A DNA stretch of 64,000 nt from Phoronis australis. Lineage: Eukaryota; Animalia; Phoronida. The notes below the pieces were generated by a model, which saw only the letters and a program-made list of their open reading frames with translations, was not told where the DNA came from and ran no database searches. This document shows, piece by piece, positions 27,101 to 42,100 of the stretch (positions are counted from its first letter, which is position 1; each line of letters opens with the position of its first letter). The stretch is from contig NMRA01000293.1 of assembly GCA_002633005.1 (NCBI GenBank), positions 295,132 through 359,131 of the forward strand, written 5' to 3'. A program made the position numbers and the translations under genes.

Positions 27101-30100
27101 CGTCAAGTTTGGTTTCCTCACAGCAGATAATTATACATACTTGGAGTCAAAAATATTGCCCATAGAGTCAATTCAGCAGACATGCATCACACTCATCTAA
27201 TGATGGTAAGACATCATATGTTTACAAGAAACTTTGTCAAATTTTATAAAATTGCATCAAGCGAAGATGCAGAGGCAACACACGTTAATAAAATTGACAA
27301 TAAGGGGCACGTCATCTTTATAAAAACACATCTGCAAACTTTCATGAAAATTCTCCAAGAGATTTTGGAAATCGAGCAGGGAGCGTGGGATTTCAAAAGT
27401 GAAAATTCAGATAAATATAAACCCTAACACGAGAAAAGTGAAATTTTCTCAGTGGTTAAGTTACATAGTATCATTGAACATGTCAAACACCAAGGAAATT
27501 ATATTGTATTTCAGAGTGAATTGCAAGTTAATTTGCCACATCCTGGATCATAGTTCTGAGCCTATTGCAAATCATCTTTCCATTTTTGCAAATCGAGATC
27601 CTTCGAAGTACATAAGGCTGTTTATTGTCTTTTGGCTAAAAATCAGTCTGCGGATGCAACATGTATTGTTTGGAACAAATAAGGTAAATTGTGTGTGTGA
27701 ACAGAAAGTTATCTTGTTATAACAACTTGAATATTTGTTACTGTAACTGACATCGGTTTATAAAGAGTGTTTAGTGATTGTGTAGGAGTGCAAGTAAATG
27801 TACATTTCACAAGAGACCCCAATAACAATCCAAAATTGTTCCCGAAACTGTCTAATTACGACAGATTCACCGTCTCAGGAAGAAGTTAAAAGAAGACAAT
27901 CATATTAAAATAATTTATTTTCGATAAACAAAAAGTACAATAAATTACAGACTGTAATTATCAGGTTGTAATTATCAGGTAAAAGTACACGACTACATTC
28001 CGCAAGTAAATCTTGACGCGAACTCTTTTGTCTTGCACAGCGCTGAACGTGGACCCAAAGCCATTTCAACATAATTCTGCAGAATTATAGGAACAAATTC
28101 TATCCTCAATAGATGGCATTGTGTGATGACAACCTTGAAGCAGTTGGAGGAGTTGAATCTCATCAGCCATTTACACGACGAGATACTACTCTCCACTGCA
28201 CCAAGGCATCAGTTTGTGAAGCCGGTTGAAACTGCATCAGCATATGAAGGATACCATCAAATCTCACCAATCTTGGACAAAATAATTGACAAATTGCCCT
28301 TTTTTGTCATTGAAAGGCATTTACCTTTCCAAAATATTGTCCAATGATTGCTGTAGTCCCGAACTTGAACTTGCAGAAGTATTGATTTGGTGCTACATGT
28401 CCTTCATGGAAAAATGAGAAAACAAAATTTGTCGACCCAATTATCAATTGTGTTCTAAATTGATGGCATTTTCCATAATAGAACTCCGTTCTCGACCAAC
28501 ATTGTTCGACATTCCAATGCACCAAGACTTTCAATTTACAAAAAGCCCCCCCCCCCCGCAATAAATGATCAGTGTATGAAGGATTACTGTACTGAGGCAT
28601 CAGTACCCAATTTATGATTACAGTTCAGTGTATCAAGACATTACTTCGCCAAGCATGACCGTTCGATAAAAGAAACATCCAGTTATGATCACTGATCACA
28701 CGTCTTAAACAAGATAAGAATGGAAGCATAACCTCAGAACTCAGTTACTAGGAGATAAAACCAAGGACAAATTTACAAGTTCACAATGAACATGTTTATG
28801 CCGTTCCTCAAAGCAAGATATTAGGAAGGTCGGAAACTAGAATTGACCAAAAATTTTATAAAATCTAGCAACATTCAACCACTTAAAAATTTCTGAAAGT
28901 TGACCACAGGCAACAGGAGTCTGCAAAGAACATCAAGGCATCAATGCCCATACTCCACCAGGACACAACAGTACCAAATTCAACACTGCAATGTAAAAGC
29001 AGTCACATGTGCAACACTGGGAGTGGGGTGCAGAGATAACCCAGTTCCAGTTGACCAATCATCAACTACTCCAGTCACTTACAGACCATGTGACACTTAA
29101 CTGTCCTATCAGACAAGGAACTCAAAGGGCATCAGCTGAACAACTTGACAAATTTGCTAAGTGAAACTGCATTAAATTGGATATTCTTCCACAAAGCATT
29201 TTATCATGCCTGATCCATTTAAAACTGGTTTGAAACTAGAAATAGAACGCGAGTGCACTTCCTTAGTTTGAATAGCAAAACTCCAGACTTCTTCAGGGTT
29301 ACTTTTTGCTTTTCACCTAGATATAAATCCCACGGCAGAAGTGTCATTGCTTTAACTTAGACCAGTTGTTTAGTCTAAAGCTGAATGTTAATCACCATGA
29401 CCAAATATCAGAGCAGGCATCTCACCCAGGGTAGAGTTGTCAGTTTTACCAACTTCATGATAACATTTAGCAGGGTTTCTAGGTCACCAGGGAAGTTACA
29501 CTGGAGTGTAGACTAAATGCCATGAGAACATACCAGTAGTTGATCAGCTGATGTTTTTCACTGAAGAATGTTTCTCAACAATAAAATATAATTGATGGTG
29601 GAGCAGTAATCACAAACTTAGGAATATTTTGACTAAATGAATCTGTGGCTTTATCATCATACCATTAATCACCTTCTCATGAAAAGGACCAATAATCTTT
29701 GTTGCCTCTTTTGTAGTTCTAACCTCCTTTGGACTTGCAAGTTTAATAATTACCAACCTTTACATTCACTAAGCCACGCCCATTAAGACAATCAGCTGCC
29801 AATCACACTAATTGAGCACTGTCAGTTAATCAGACCAGTCCAGGGGTCTGTGGACTTATCACCATTATCTCACGCCATACCTGTGATCCCAGGATGAGTA
29901 GATACCAACCTGCACTGTTCACAGTGATAAACCAGCCAATGGAAAGCCAACAGGTGCCAGCAGCCATGTTGGAATTGAACGTGAATAATTTCAGATCATG
30001 TGCTTTTTGAAGAAAACTTAACATAATCCCACAAGACATGTAAGGTTGGTTAAGAAACTTAGGCATTGCAATAACCAAATGAAATTGACAACTACTCCAT

Positions 30101-33100
30101 CATAAACAAACAAACAATGACATTAAAAAAATCAACAAAAAGACTATGATATGAAAATTCACAACTAACAAAACCATTTTAAACTCCAGTAGCCATCCTA
30201 TCACTGCATCGACTGACCCATGACCAGATGACCAAATTGACCTTTGACCTGTGATACGCCCCCTGCATGCCTGGTGAACCTAGGCAAATGTCAACCAGAA
30301 TGAAATATGCCAGATACAAGATACAACTGGCCATCACCACTGACCACAAACTGTACTTTGAATTGTGAATCAGCTGAATGACATAGGCTTATTTGCTTCC
30401 AACTGACAAAGCAGCCTAGTGATGATAAGGAAATTGACAATACAATGAAGTCTCATGCAGCTTGAACACATTTAGCTAGTTGACAAACAGACAATATATA
30501 AAAGGCCAAGAGCCCAATGCATTCAAACTGACTCATCTGTTACAACCATCTGACCCAATACCTACAACAATAGCCAGCCAATGTGGTTTCAGATTCCACA
30601 TTTTTCCCAGGGGGACACTAGCTTCACTCAGCTTCCTCAAATCACAAATGGGCTCCGCAATGTGCCAAATTAAACAAGATAGACCTTTAGATTTAACACG
30701 CTAACTACACGACTCTTGAGGGCAGAATCTGACGAAACAACATCCACAAGCCTTAAATTGTGTGACGGATCACACAGAAAACCAGACTTCCCTGCAATGT
30801 CAAGTGCCATGCAAATATTTGCACAGGGTTGCAGTAGATTCATTTGAAGTCATCCTGCAATGAAAACACTATCTACACTGACCAGGAATTTGATAAATAC
30901 ATGCTCAAAGTATTTTATCAGCAACCTATTCTACGAGGCAGGAAGCATGCATTTTAGAGAAGGCAGATAAGAGATCAATGCTTAACAGCATCAGTAGCAA
31001 TATCCCTATAACTATCAGAATTAACATATGAATTCAAACGCAATGAAAACGTAGAAACTAACATCCAAATTTTACATATAGGAAAATCAACTTGAGGCAA
31101 GATCCGCAAATATCTATTCAGCAAATTCCTTAAAAGAAAAGAAATTGAAAGTACATGGGAAATCATCAGGCTGAGTTATGTGTCACGACCTATATGGAAT
31201 TCCTGGTGTGCTGTCATGGAGATGTTTGATCAGCCCATCCTGCCAGTGTCTTATCTTCGTTTGCCACATTGTGACAGTCACATGAGTATGAGATCACTAA
31301 AATGATAAGTCATCTCTGCCATCAGAAAACCTTCAAGCAAACTGCCATGTCCCGACACTTCTGCAATGACAGCAAATGAACAACTCTAACCAGAAAACTA
31401 ACCATTGCTCCACAGGAGATCTAAGTTTAGGTCAGCCCTCAAACCAGAGCATAATGCAGAAATCTAAGGACTATAAATAACAGCCCAGTGGGCACTGTGC
31501 AAACTATGAAGCTGACAGACATTCAGTGCAGATGACAGACAATAAAGAAGCAACCCTGAAAACCTAATCCTGAGACAAAATACACACAGAGTCTCAGCTT
31601 AAACAAACAGTCCCAAGAATCATGCTCACACTAAGAGTCTAGTGTCTCACTCAACAACTGATCCATGACACTATGCATACCTAGAATCAAGAGCAACAGG
31701 TTGGAGCCAGGAAGGAAACACACATGTCCACCCCTTTGCTTGAAACTGAAAATGTCTCCTGATCCCTGCTAAGTTCAATCTCTGAGTTTCAGCCTTGGTG
31801 AAGACACGCCCCCTTGCAACAGACTGCGGCAACGATAGGTCATAAATTGCCAGTTAGTCACAGTGTTGACCAATCCTGCAGCAGGTCATCAACAGGGACT
31901 GTCTATCTAAATGACATGTCAGTTAATATATGGTCAAACCAGACATTCTTTTGATGGCTCTTATGCCAGACCCTTGCTGGTCCAACCATGTAACCTATTA
32001 CACACCCCCTTCAAGTGGTCTAAACCAGAAACAAAGCCTCATGCAGAATCAATTCAAACAACCATGAAAAATATTCATAGAAATCAGTCAAAAATCAGAG
32101 GGAAAACTGTTGATTTACTTGGAACATGACAATTAATATCATTTGATGATTTAATTAACTGCCTTCCAACATTCCCGAATTCCAGAGGAGACCAACAGAT
32201 TTAAAACAGGTGTCAGTCTACTGAAGCTAATTTCCAATTCAGTAAATCAACTGCACAAGGTCATTAATAATGTATACAACAACCAGCTATCAGCTAACTG
32301 AACAATCAAGCTGTTCAGGCCCAGAAAGGCACTAGCCAGAGGCTTCAATATAAACATGAATAAGCAGTGTGGACACCACCACAGGCAAACTGAGAAGCAA
32401 GAGCGAACACCTTAATGTGACAGGTGATCTCAGGTGAGCTGGAAGAGTTAGATCTGGCAGGCTACAAAACAGGTGTCATGACCTAAGCTTCCAGCTTTGC
32501 GGAGATCACGGTATTGAAAATTTGCTACGGTCAAGTACACCACTAAAGTTCCCGACATAGAAAATGAAAGCCTCAACCCAAGAACTCAACAGAATGACAA
32601 TAGAAGTACAACTGAACATAACAAAAAAAGCCCAAATGTTGAGTAATACTTAGGATCCTGACACGCATGATGCGAGATTTTCTTCAATGGGTGTGTACTG
32701 TCAGCTGCCCCTGGAGTCACGTGGACTGTAAGAGCACAAGAGGGTCCCTTGCATCGACGGGTGCACGCATGACTCAGTGATACTAGTTAGGCACTGGGGG
32801 GTCATTTGTACCTGGAAGGAACTGGCTCAGTCCAACATTCACAGGGGGTGATGACAATGACCTTGTAACTCGACTGTCCAATTTCCAAACACAGGTGTGT
32901 GTTGTGTGTTCATGTTCGTGTGTGACATATGAAGCCCCTACCTTACACTAGTTGGGATGAAACAGCCTGCAGGATCACCATTGTGGCTATGACCTAGAAA
33001 TCTTGGTTACCATGTAGGAGGAGTACAGTAAATAAACAAATGCCATGTGAAGACTGTAAACCACAACCCAATCAAGGCTGTCAATGCCAGCAATCTTTTC

Positions 33101-36100
33101 AAAATGTGTCTCTATGGTATAGAACATGAATGTGGCGAGCATTAATTCTCTGCAATCAATCTTTTATAATAAAAATGAGAAAATAAATTTCCCTAGTCTG
33201 TCATGCTGTGCCCTAAATTGGATATATCTTACTGAGGGTAAATAGTGTAATGGGTTAATGATTCAAAAGACATTAAACTTAAACTGTGTTTATATTACAC
33301 AAAATGATGTAATATGTAAGAATTAAGTATTTTAATTATGCCAATTTATGTTCATTATAATTTTTAAAAATCAAAAATTTCATGCCAAGAGTAACTTAAC
33401 ATATCTTTATTTGTAATTATTACTGATCATTTTATGCATTTGAATTTCAAGCAATTTTTATTTCCATATGAAAAAAACTGAATATTCTTATTATTATCCC
33501 CCAATAACGGTAGCCATCAATAACTTATGAACATTAAATGTAATATTGCAAGTTATGAATGACAGACAATCATGAGACTACACCTGGCCTTCCACACCCA
33601 GTGGCTGTCACAAATGAACTGTCCCAAAGATTACAAGCAACAGGTAAGCTGAGAGGTCCAAAGTTTACCAGGCTAAAGGGAGTGCTGGCTGATAAAGAGG
33701 CATTATCTTTGATAAATTACTGGTCCCATATCTAGAAATGGACCAGATAAGATTGGCACCACAGTGCCCTACAGGTGTTGGGGGAATGTGGTTTCATGGC
33801 ATTAGGAAGTGCGTGAATGGAGGTGTAGTTGGCCAAATTGGTCTAGACTGGCAAATAAATTGTGCAAAAATCTAGAATGACTGAATTAAAACAAGACTGT
33901 TAAAACAACCATATCAGATGATCTGCCAAAAAACTACATCTAATTAAACAATATTTTGGTTTATTGATGGCAAAGATCTTACCAGTACATCAATAAGGAA
34001 AATATTTAAAATCAAACAGAAAGAGTTCTAAACAAACATAAGACGGAGAAAAAAAGTTGCTAAAAAGTTATTTTCATTTTTACTACAATATTTAAAAATG
34101 CAATAAGCAAGATGTATGTACATTCAGATGACATTGAGCTACAACTACAAGTCAGAATTCAAGCCTCAAATTCAAACAGACTGTAGCAAACGCGTTACTA
34201 CACCTCATGGGGTTCTGCAAGTACTTCCTCAGTTTACCAGTGTCTATCCGCAAGGCTCTGACAGCAATAGTACTGTTTACAATACAAAAGTTGACACGGA
34301 TCAGTTGACACGGAACGAGATGTTGTGGCGCACGTATGTGTGTAAACGGGACTGATCTGGAGCAAATTGACACCGCGGCGACAACTTTTGCCACCCGTTT
34401 GTGAGGTAGAGCAATTTGCGCTCGACCATCTTGCTCCGTGTCAATTATATGTCTAAACGCGAACCTGTGTAATGAACTACATACGGGTTCTGTCTCTACA
34501 ACTCTCACCATTTGTAAACCTGCGCATGTGCATTCCACTCTCCAGCCAACAACTTCCTCTTACCACAGTTAGTGATTTGTGTGTGTAAACGGCCCGCGTG
34601 ACACCGATCAATTTGCTCCAAATCAGTTGTTCATGGCCAAATGTTAATGTCTAAACTGGACAAATGAGCCTGCACAAGGACAGTAATTAACACTTGCCAA
34701 GCTACTATCAAAGTTATTGCTCCATAAAGTAGATATAAGGTTATGAATGTCAGGCTAACAATTAATCAGAGTACAACGATGGCAATTGTTGGGCTACTAA
34801 CTGTGACTCGACCATGATTTACTATGTAGAAGGGGATCTGTTATCGCATAATAGGATTTTGTTGCATTGTAACACGTTACATACAGACTTAAATTTTGTC
34901 CAAGTCACAGAAACCTCCATTTTTATTAGTATCTAATATTATTGATAAAAATTAAATTCCATTTTCATGATATTGCTACACTGCAACAAAACCTAAGAAA
35001 AGCGTGGTTTTCACTGAAGCTAGGAGCAAAATTGTTCCTTTTAGCAGTGTCTACAAACTAGGGCAAGCTGACATAGCCTACTTAACAGTGAAGTCAACAA
35101 TCACAGTAAACTGATATAAAAAACACTGAATTTGTTAAGTCACCGTAACATCCACAACAAATCTGGAGTTTGTCATTTCATATTTGCAACCATCACCTTT
35201 ACTCGGACCCCTATCCAAATCTACAAATTATCATCCAATAAACATTTTAAGTAAAATTGCAACTATTGTAGAATCCCCCAATCTCAAAGACATTGATAAC
35301 TTCTTATCACTACTGTCATTAATTAAGTTGATAAGGTGCTAATCTCAGAGGACAGTTTGCCCTGGATCCTGGATAGATAAATTACAACTTTATCAAATAC
35401 TAGGTTCGCATGAGTGGCAAAACCACTAGCAGTTTCAGTGACAAAAACACTAGCTATCTACGAAAGGTCATTTTCGCCAGCAGTTAGTTTGTTTACAAAC
35501 CACCCATGTCACTTTTCAGCCAAAATCCAGTCATGTAAAAACAGGTTCACTCTCTGCCTCAAATTAACTAAAATCTCTTGCCCCTGTGCATCTATGTCCT
35601 CTGATGAAAGAGGTCTGGCTATAAATGTGATAGTGAAAACGCCACCAGTTATGCGACAACTCAAACTACCAACAAAGCACTATCAAAAGTGACACTCGTA
35701 ACAGTTCACGTGACCGGCATTTTACTACTAGCAGAAACGCTAGTGAAAATACTAGTGCCTTAGCCAGTTTGTGAATGGTGTAAGAGTTACCCATGAACTC
35801 TGGAATATCAACAATGTTAGCTCAACACTCAACAACGATCCACAGGACAGAAGAGTGCGCAAAACGCAGGATGAATACTGCTGTCTGAAACATAAAACTT
35901 GCCCCAGAATTTCAACAGATTTTTTCTTGGGTCAAAATTGTATGTGAGAAGCTTTTCAGTAGAGTTCCTTACAGTTTGTTTTGCAGACTCAGGTCTCCAT
36001 TGTTGATAAGTCCAGCATCTTTGTACACATTGCTTATAGTAGACAGATAACTAACTATCTTATCAACTTTGCCAGGTAATCAATGTCTTAAAAGGGTAGG

Positions 36101-39100
36101 TGATTTCAGAACTGGTTGTAATTAAATCAGTTTTAGATTAAACGATATTGCACAACAGGGGGAAGAAAAATAACAAGACAATGTTATATTATTGAATCAT
36201 AAATGAAATACAGGCACGAAAAGTGAAAAATAATCCGGTTAGAATAAAGGTTTTGAAACTTAATAAAATGTACCTTTGTGTAGCTTCAATTTGTAATATT
36301 AGCTGGCAGATCAAGATGCAGTTAGCCATTTTCAATTAATTTGTACAAAAACGTCACTCAAATATTTTGAAAGTAAGAACAAATACAGCATTAGAGCACT
36401 CTTTCTAGTCAACTTATTCATAACTAAACTGAGATACTTCCGGTCATGTACTAAATGCATATACCAAATGCAATCAAACAAAATCAACTATGGCACAATT
36501 TGCCATTTACCAACATCCTCAACAAGTGAAACTTTGAGCCATTACTTTGCTTCCCATCAGACTTTCAACGCTTATCACTAAGCTAACACCAGCACAGCCC
36601 CTTGAGAGCTGGTGGTGGAGATAAGACTGTAATATTAGCTGACTGATCAAGATGCAGTTAGCTGAGCCAGTTGAACTTTACACAGTACTTCAGCCCAACC
36701 TTTATACTGCTCACAACTCCAACCCTTGACCTTGGCTAATTCAGTTTACAGCATGCAAGGATGACTATCAGGCCAGGGGGAGGTGTCATGGGACACTGAA
36801 CAAATATGTAGCCTTTTGAGGATTAGTCTGTTTAGTCCACTTTATGAAAGTTATTCCTTTATATTAAACATCATCACTAGATGCAGTTATTGCATTTCAT
36901 TAAAAACTTGTGTCCACTGACCACTAGTGCCACTTGTGAAATCACCCACAGCAGCATAAGACTACATTAAATTATCAACTGTTGTGTACAAGTATTCCAT
37001 CATTTATTGAATGACTTGCAATCTATAAAGCAGACTATTTGCTGTTCTGCTTAACAGAGACCATACTTAATCTTGTACAACTAAATTCAAGGAAGAAAGG
37101 ATGTGACAAGAAGCCATTTTCTTAGTCTACAGACCCCATTCATTAATAACTCTAGCAGACTAACTGTAAAACATTGACCAGTGATCCTGAACCAGTGAAA
37201 CCATAAACAATGCCTGTGCAGCTTAAAATGTACATGTACTGAAACAGCTGTAAAACCACATTCCAGGTCCTGGAGTCAACTGTTGATTCTGACCACTTCC
37301 CACCACAGAATTAGTGTCATCTACTTGTTCCTTAACTGGGACTGAGAAGTTATTTATGGTGTTGTAGAGAACAGATAGTTACTTATTTTTGAGACCATGT
37401 TCAGGCATAAAATGTGTCAACTTGTATAGCTTGATCTCGTGCAATAAACAACTGTCAGACATGACTAAGAAATAGTAAAAGATCAAGATGATAACAGTAA
37501 GTGATCAGAATCAAAAGTTGCTTTTGTGACAGAAGGCAGGTTTATTGTAACAACTGAAAGTAACACCACCACAGAAAAGACAGAAAATCTGTTTTTAAAA
37601 ATTGCACAGTAAGTTTATTTCAGCCATATACAGGGAGTTACTGACAGTGTACCCACAGTCTAGACATTACTGGTGGTCATTGAAGCCAATAGCTAACTCT
37701 GGATTGGCTGGCCAACCAATGGAATTCTACTCTTTTATGTGACGTAAAAATAAATTGTTTCTCTCTCTCTCCCTGCCGTCCCGTTCGCACACAATCTACC
37801 CTAGACTAGAACAACTTGCACTAAAGTAACTTAACCCACCTTGAAGTGAAACGTCCATACATGTACATGCGATAACTAGGGTAAGGCGGAAGTCGCTCTG
37901 TGCATGGCAATCAACGCCTAATGCGAGTACGGCATGCAAAAAGAAAACCTGTCTGTATGTAACCACAGCTGAAAATTACTTCTGGCCTAACCCACTTCTG
38001 CGGCCACACAGCGATTACAAGTGGCACAAGTTACCCAAGAATAAAAGTTACCACACTTCAGTGGAATAAGTTTAGTGGCACTAGTTTAAAAAGCATCCAG
38101 ACAACTAGCACTCAAACCTAGAGACAACTCGCTCCAGGAGTAACTTGTTCCAGGTTAAGTCTGCATGTGGACGACACTTAACTCGTATTCAAATGTATTT
38201 CCCATTGTCACTACAACAACAACAGCACACAATTTCTTCAAGTTTGCAGACAGTTTTGACCAATACATATTTGAACCAAGCGCTGCCAATACTGAAACAG
38301 CATTAACAAACTAAACCTCCCACAGGAATTTTTCACACCTATCTCAAAATACCTTAGATAATATACTATTTCACATGCACTGGGCAGGGCTTTGTAGTCT
38401 GAGAATCAAAAAATAAAACACAATCCATTTTGAGATTGACTTCAACTGAAACAGAATAGCAGTTGTATTGCTAAAAATAGACCCTGCATAAATTCTAATG
38501 GTCACAAAGGTCAGAATGCATTTGGAGATTGAAGGTTAAAGGTGACAGTTTGAACATGAAGAGTTTGGACTACAGTAATTATCAAATAGATTTGTAAACA
38601 TTTGTGGGAACATATCTTGTGATCACTCGGTGCTGCTTATCAAATGTCAAAACATGTGACACCTACCATGCATGGTCACAAACTGGCTAAGATTGATGCT
38701 TGAATTTTCCCTATCACTAACATAAGCAGTCCGTAATGCCAACTATTTCAATGGTCACTTTTGCTACCACTTTACAACCGTCCAGTCACCCAAAACCTGC
38801 TGGTGTTTTCGCTAGCACAAACTTTTGAAGCCAGACAGCTTACTTTAAAGGACACACATGCGCAGACACCTTTGTTTATTGTTGCGCCAATTTTGTTTCG
38901 CAAGAAGTAAATGTGCTTTAACATGTAACGTTTAAAAGTGAATAAATTGCAGGTGACAAAAACTGCTGGCAAAATTACACCTTCACAGACACTGTGAAAA
39001 AAATGCAAGCAATTTAGCCACTCAAGTCCTGAAAACTAAATATGGGTTCAGCAAGATTTTTCTCCAGTGCTCAACCAATGATCTAAACCGTAAGCATTTG

Positions 39101-42100
39101 TTAATAATTTTGATTTAAAATCTTCATCATAGAGTGGTTCAAGTTGTCTTATTGAGGTCAGAACAGAAGCACTGTGGATCATGTCTAGATTGCACAAAGT
39201 AACAATTAATAAGAGCAAATAACATCAAAGACACCTGTTCCCTCCAGCCACCAAAAGTCTGACACCGGATTCTTAAACAATCACAGAATCAGAGATTTGA
39301 AGAAGTAAATAACTACAAACCAGCACTGCAATTATAGTACTGACAAATTTCTCCAAACAGATAAAGCTTATGTGTTCATTTATTTCACCCTTCTAGTTCC
39401 CCTTATCTAACCAGTTTTAGTTTGCTTTTTTCCCACTTGAAATTTTGATCGTCATATTTCAAGTTTATACGCTCTAACAGAAACATAATACACTGTGATA
39501 TTTCACTATCGCTTGATGTTATTACTTAATTCACAAGTTTCAAATTCAGTATCAACTGAGGTAACAAATCCACATCCGGCATGAAATAAAAATGCTCAAG
39601 TATTTCAGCCCATATACTAAACACAACACTCGTGAAGTAGAACCTGCCAAAGCCAAACATTCTGGTCATCCCAGGTAAGAAAGTACACAGGCAAGATTAT
39701 GGAAGGTCAGATGCACCACACTGGCCTCTAACTAAGGGACACGGAGAGAAGCAAGGATCAGAACCAATCAACAGGTGGCAACAGAAATGAGGTTGATATT
39801 TTCAAAGGCACGATGTTAAGGTCATAATTTCACACACCTGTTTGAGGTTCAAGGGAAAACTCCTTCCAACAAAAAAATTTATCATACACACAACAGCACA
39901 CCAGTCTATTTAAAAAACATAAAACCTATCAATAAAAAGATGTTGCATGTCTCTCTATTTTTAGATGACGGGATTAAAAATACTTGACCTCATTTCCATG
40001 TGTGCAAGTGAGTTTAGATCATTTTGATAGATGTGTTTCACATGCTCACTAGTGCTTTATGCTGAACTATGACATTAAGTCAAAGATCACAGTGGTTACT
40101 CAAAAAAATCAGAGTAAATGCAATATCACGGCATGGAAAATCTCAGTTGTAAGAGCAGAGGTATCAAAATAACTAGTACCAAAAGTGGGGTTGTGTTCCT
40201 TAAATGCAAGACATTTGCAAGTGAAGCTAGCACAACCATAATAGATGGTGATAAATCGCGTACACTTGTGTCATCTTGCTCTTTTCACCAGTGTCGAGCA
40301 TAGAATAACAGAAATTATTCTGTAGCAACAGAAAATACCACAACATTTCTAACACAACACTCGACGCTATGAAAATTGCCAGGTCGCATTTTGTGACCTA
40401 GCCAAAATCCTAGGTCACGTTTTCAAAATCTAGATCGCATTCATAAATTCCAGGTGGCAAAAATTTTCCCTGCCATTTTTACGCATAAAAATAGATTTTT
40501 TTTTAGTTCATCGAGAAAATGATTAGATTATACTCTTGCCTGTGGCGTTAAATACTCACAAATTTCTGGTTGCAAAATTGAGTTCTTACAAGCACATACA
40601 GTGTTTACTGTTCCATATGACCGCCAATGAAAGGCTCTAAAGAGCGCAAGGCTAGTTGTTGACATGAAAGTTGAATCAGTGCTCTCTAACAGACACGTGC
40701 ACTCGAGCAGCTAAGTTTGCACCATGAAACGTGCTATACGACTGTCATCAAAGTCGTTAAAGATTCAAACTAGCTCTGAGTGCAAACTCCCTCTAATTGT
40801 TCGCAACCGGAACTTTGCAACTTAACACGGCATTTGAAAAACATCTTGTGGAAAACATCCATGAAACGTTGCCCTAGCCGAATGACGTATTGATGCGCAG
40901 GAACAATTCAGTGCAAATTTCACAACAAAAAATGTGGGACTTGCGCTGTTTACATTTTCAACAATTAGTTTTCCATGAAATGAAGAGCCCGAAATGAATC
41001 CCGACTCCATGTGGGTTTCCACTGGGTAATTTGAGTTTGCTCCTCAATACCTTCCATGTACGGGAAACTAGGTCAATCACAAAACGACATGTGACCCCAC
41101 CATGCATGTTATTAGTGTTAACTTTCTATTGGAGGTATCAAACAAAGTCGGGTTGGTTTTTAAATATTGAAAAAAGGCGGGTTTTTTGAAAACTGAATTT
41201 GTTGTGTAGGAGAGTGTGACTCACTATATGGGCTGCAAGTCAATTTCAAACCATGCGCGGCCGCTTTTAGTGCACTATGATGGCGTTAGTCTGAACTGTG
41301 GGCACTTAATTGGAAATTCCCAAAAGTTGAGGGGGGACACTTAGTAAAGCAGTGAGCGCTCACTATGAAACACTTCAAAGGTAGTCAGTGGGCACATGCA
41401 TGAGCTACGATTTTGCTAGGCTAACTCCATCTAGTAGGGTGGTTTTGTGGCTATCGTTACTACCTACACTGTACCCTTTTTAGCCACTCGGAATAACTTT
41501 GTTTTAATTGTCCGTTTCAGGCAGAATAAATGTTCTTTCTATTTAAGTCTGAAAAGTTCACGGCGTGATCCAGTGAGCGAAAAATTGCGGGCAGTGTATG
41601 AGGGAAAGAATAAAAAGTTCGCTAACCACACATTTGCGTCTAACCGTTAAGTTGCAATAGACGGCATAGAACATCGGGTCTAGGGAACTATGACCTGGGA
41701 AACATCAGAATAGGAAAATATCAGTTCTTGGCTACATCGGTCCCAGGAATATTGTAAGCAGGGTCTTTTATAACCGCCGAGAATCTGAGTTCATTGTCAA
41801 ATAAACTGTTGGCACCCGGGCACTGAACAGAACCAAGCCAGTATACTCTTTTATTTAGGACTGTCGTTGTTATCTTTTGATGTGTAGCTTTGGAGTGGTG
41901 CACACGCGTAAGTTCAGACATTTGAATTGCTGGAGTAGGCCTACACTTTACGTTGGTAACATGTGAGTGCCCTGATATTGTGGATATTTGATGAGGATAT
42001 CCTACACGAACGAAAAATAAATGTTTTTCCACCACAAAGTTTGTTAAGTCGAACGTTCAATAATTAGAAGAAACACTACTGCTTTGTGACGTTTTATCAC

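Noticed and set aside
34290-34660. Inverted repeat (ctgatctggagcaaattga / tcaatttgctccaaatcag); similar weak ones near 16660-16850 and 37770-38180
   Set aside because: Probably old MITE remnants; ends and TSDs could not be defined well enough to annotate.
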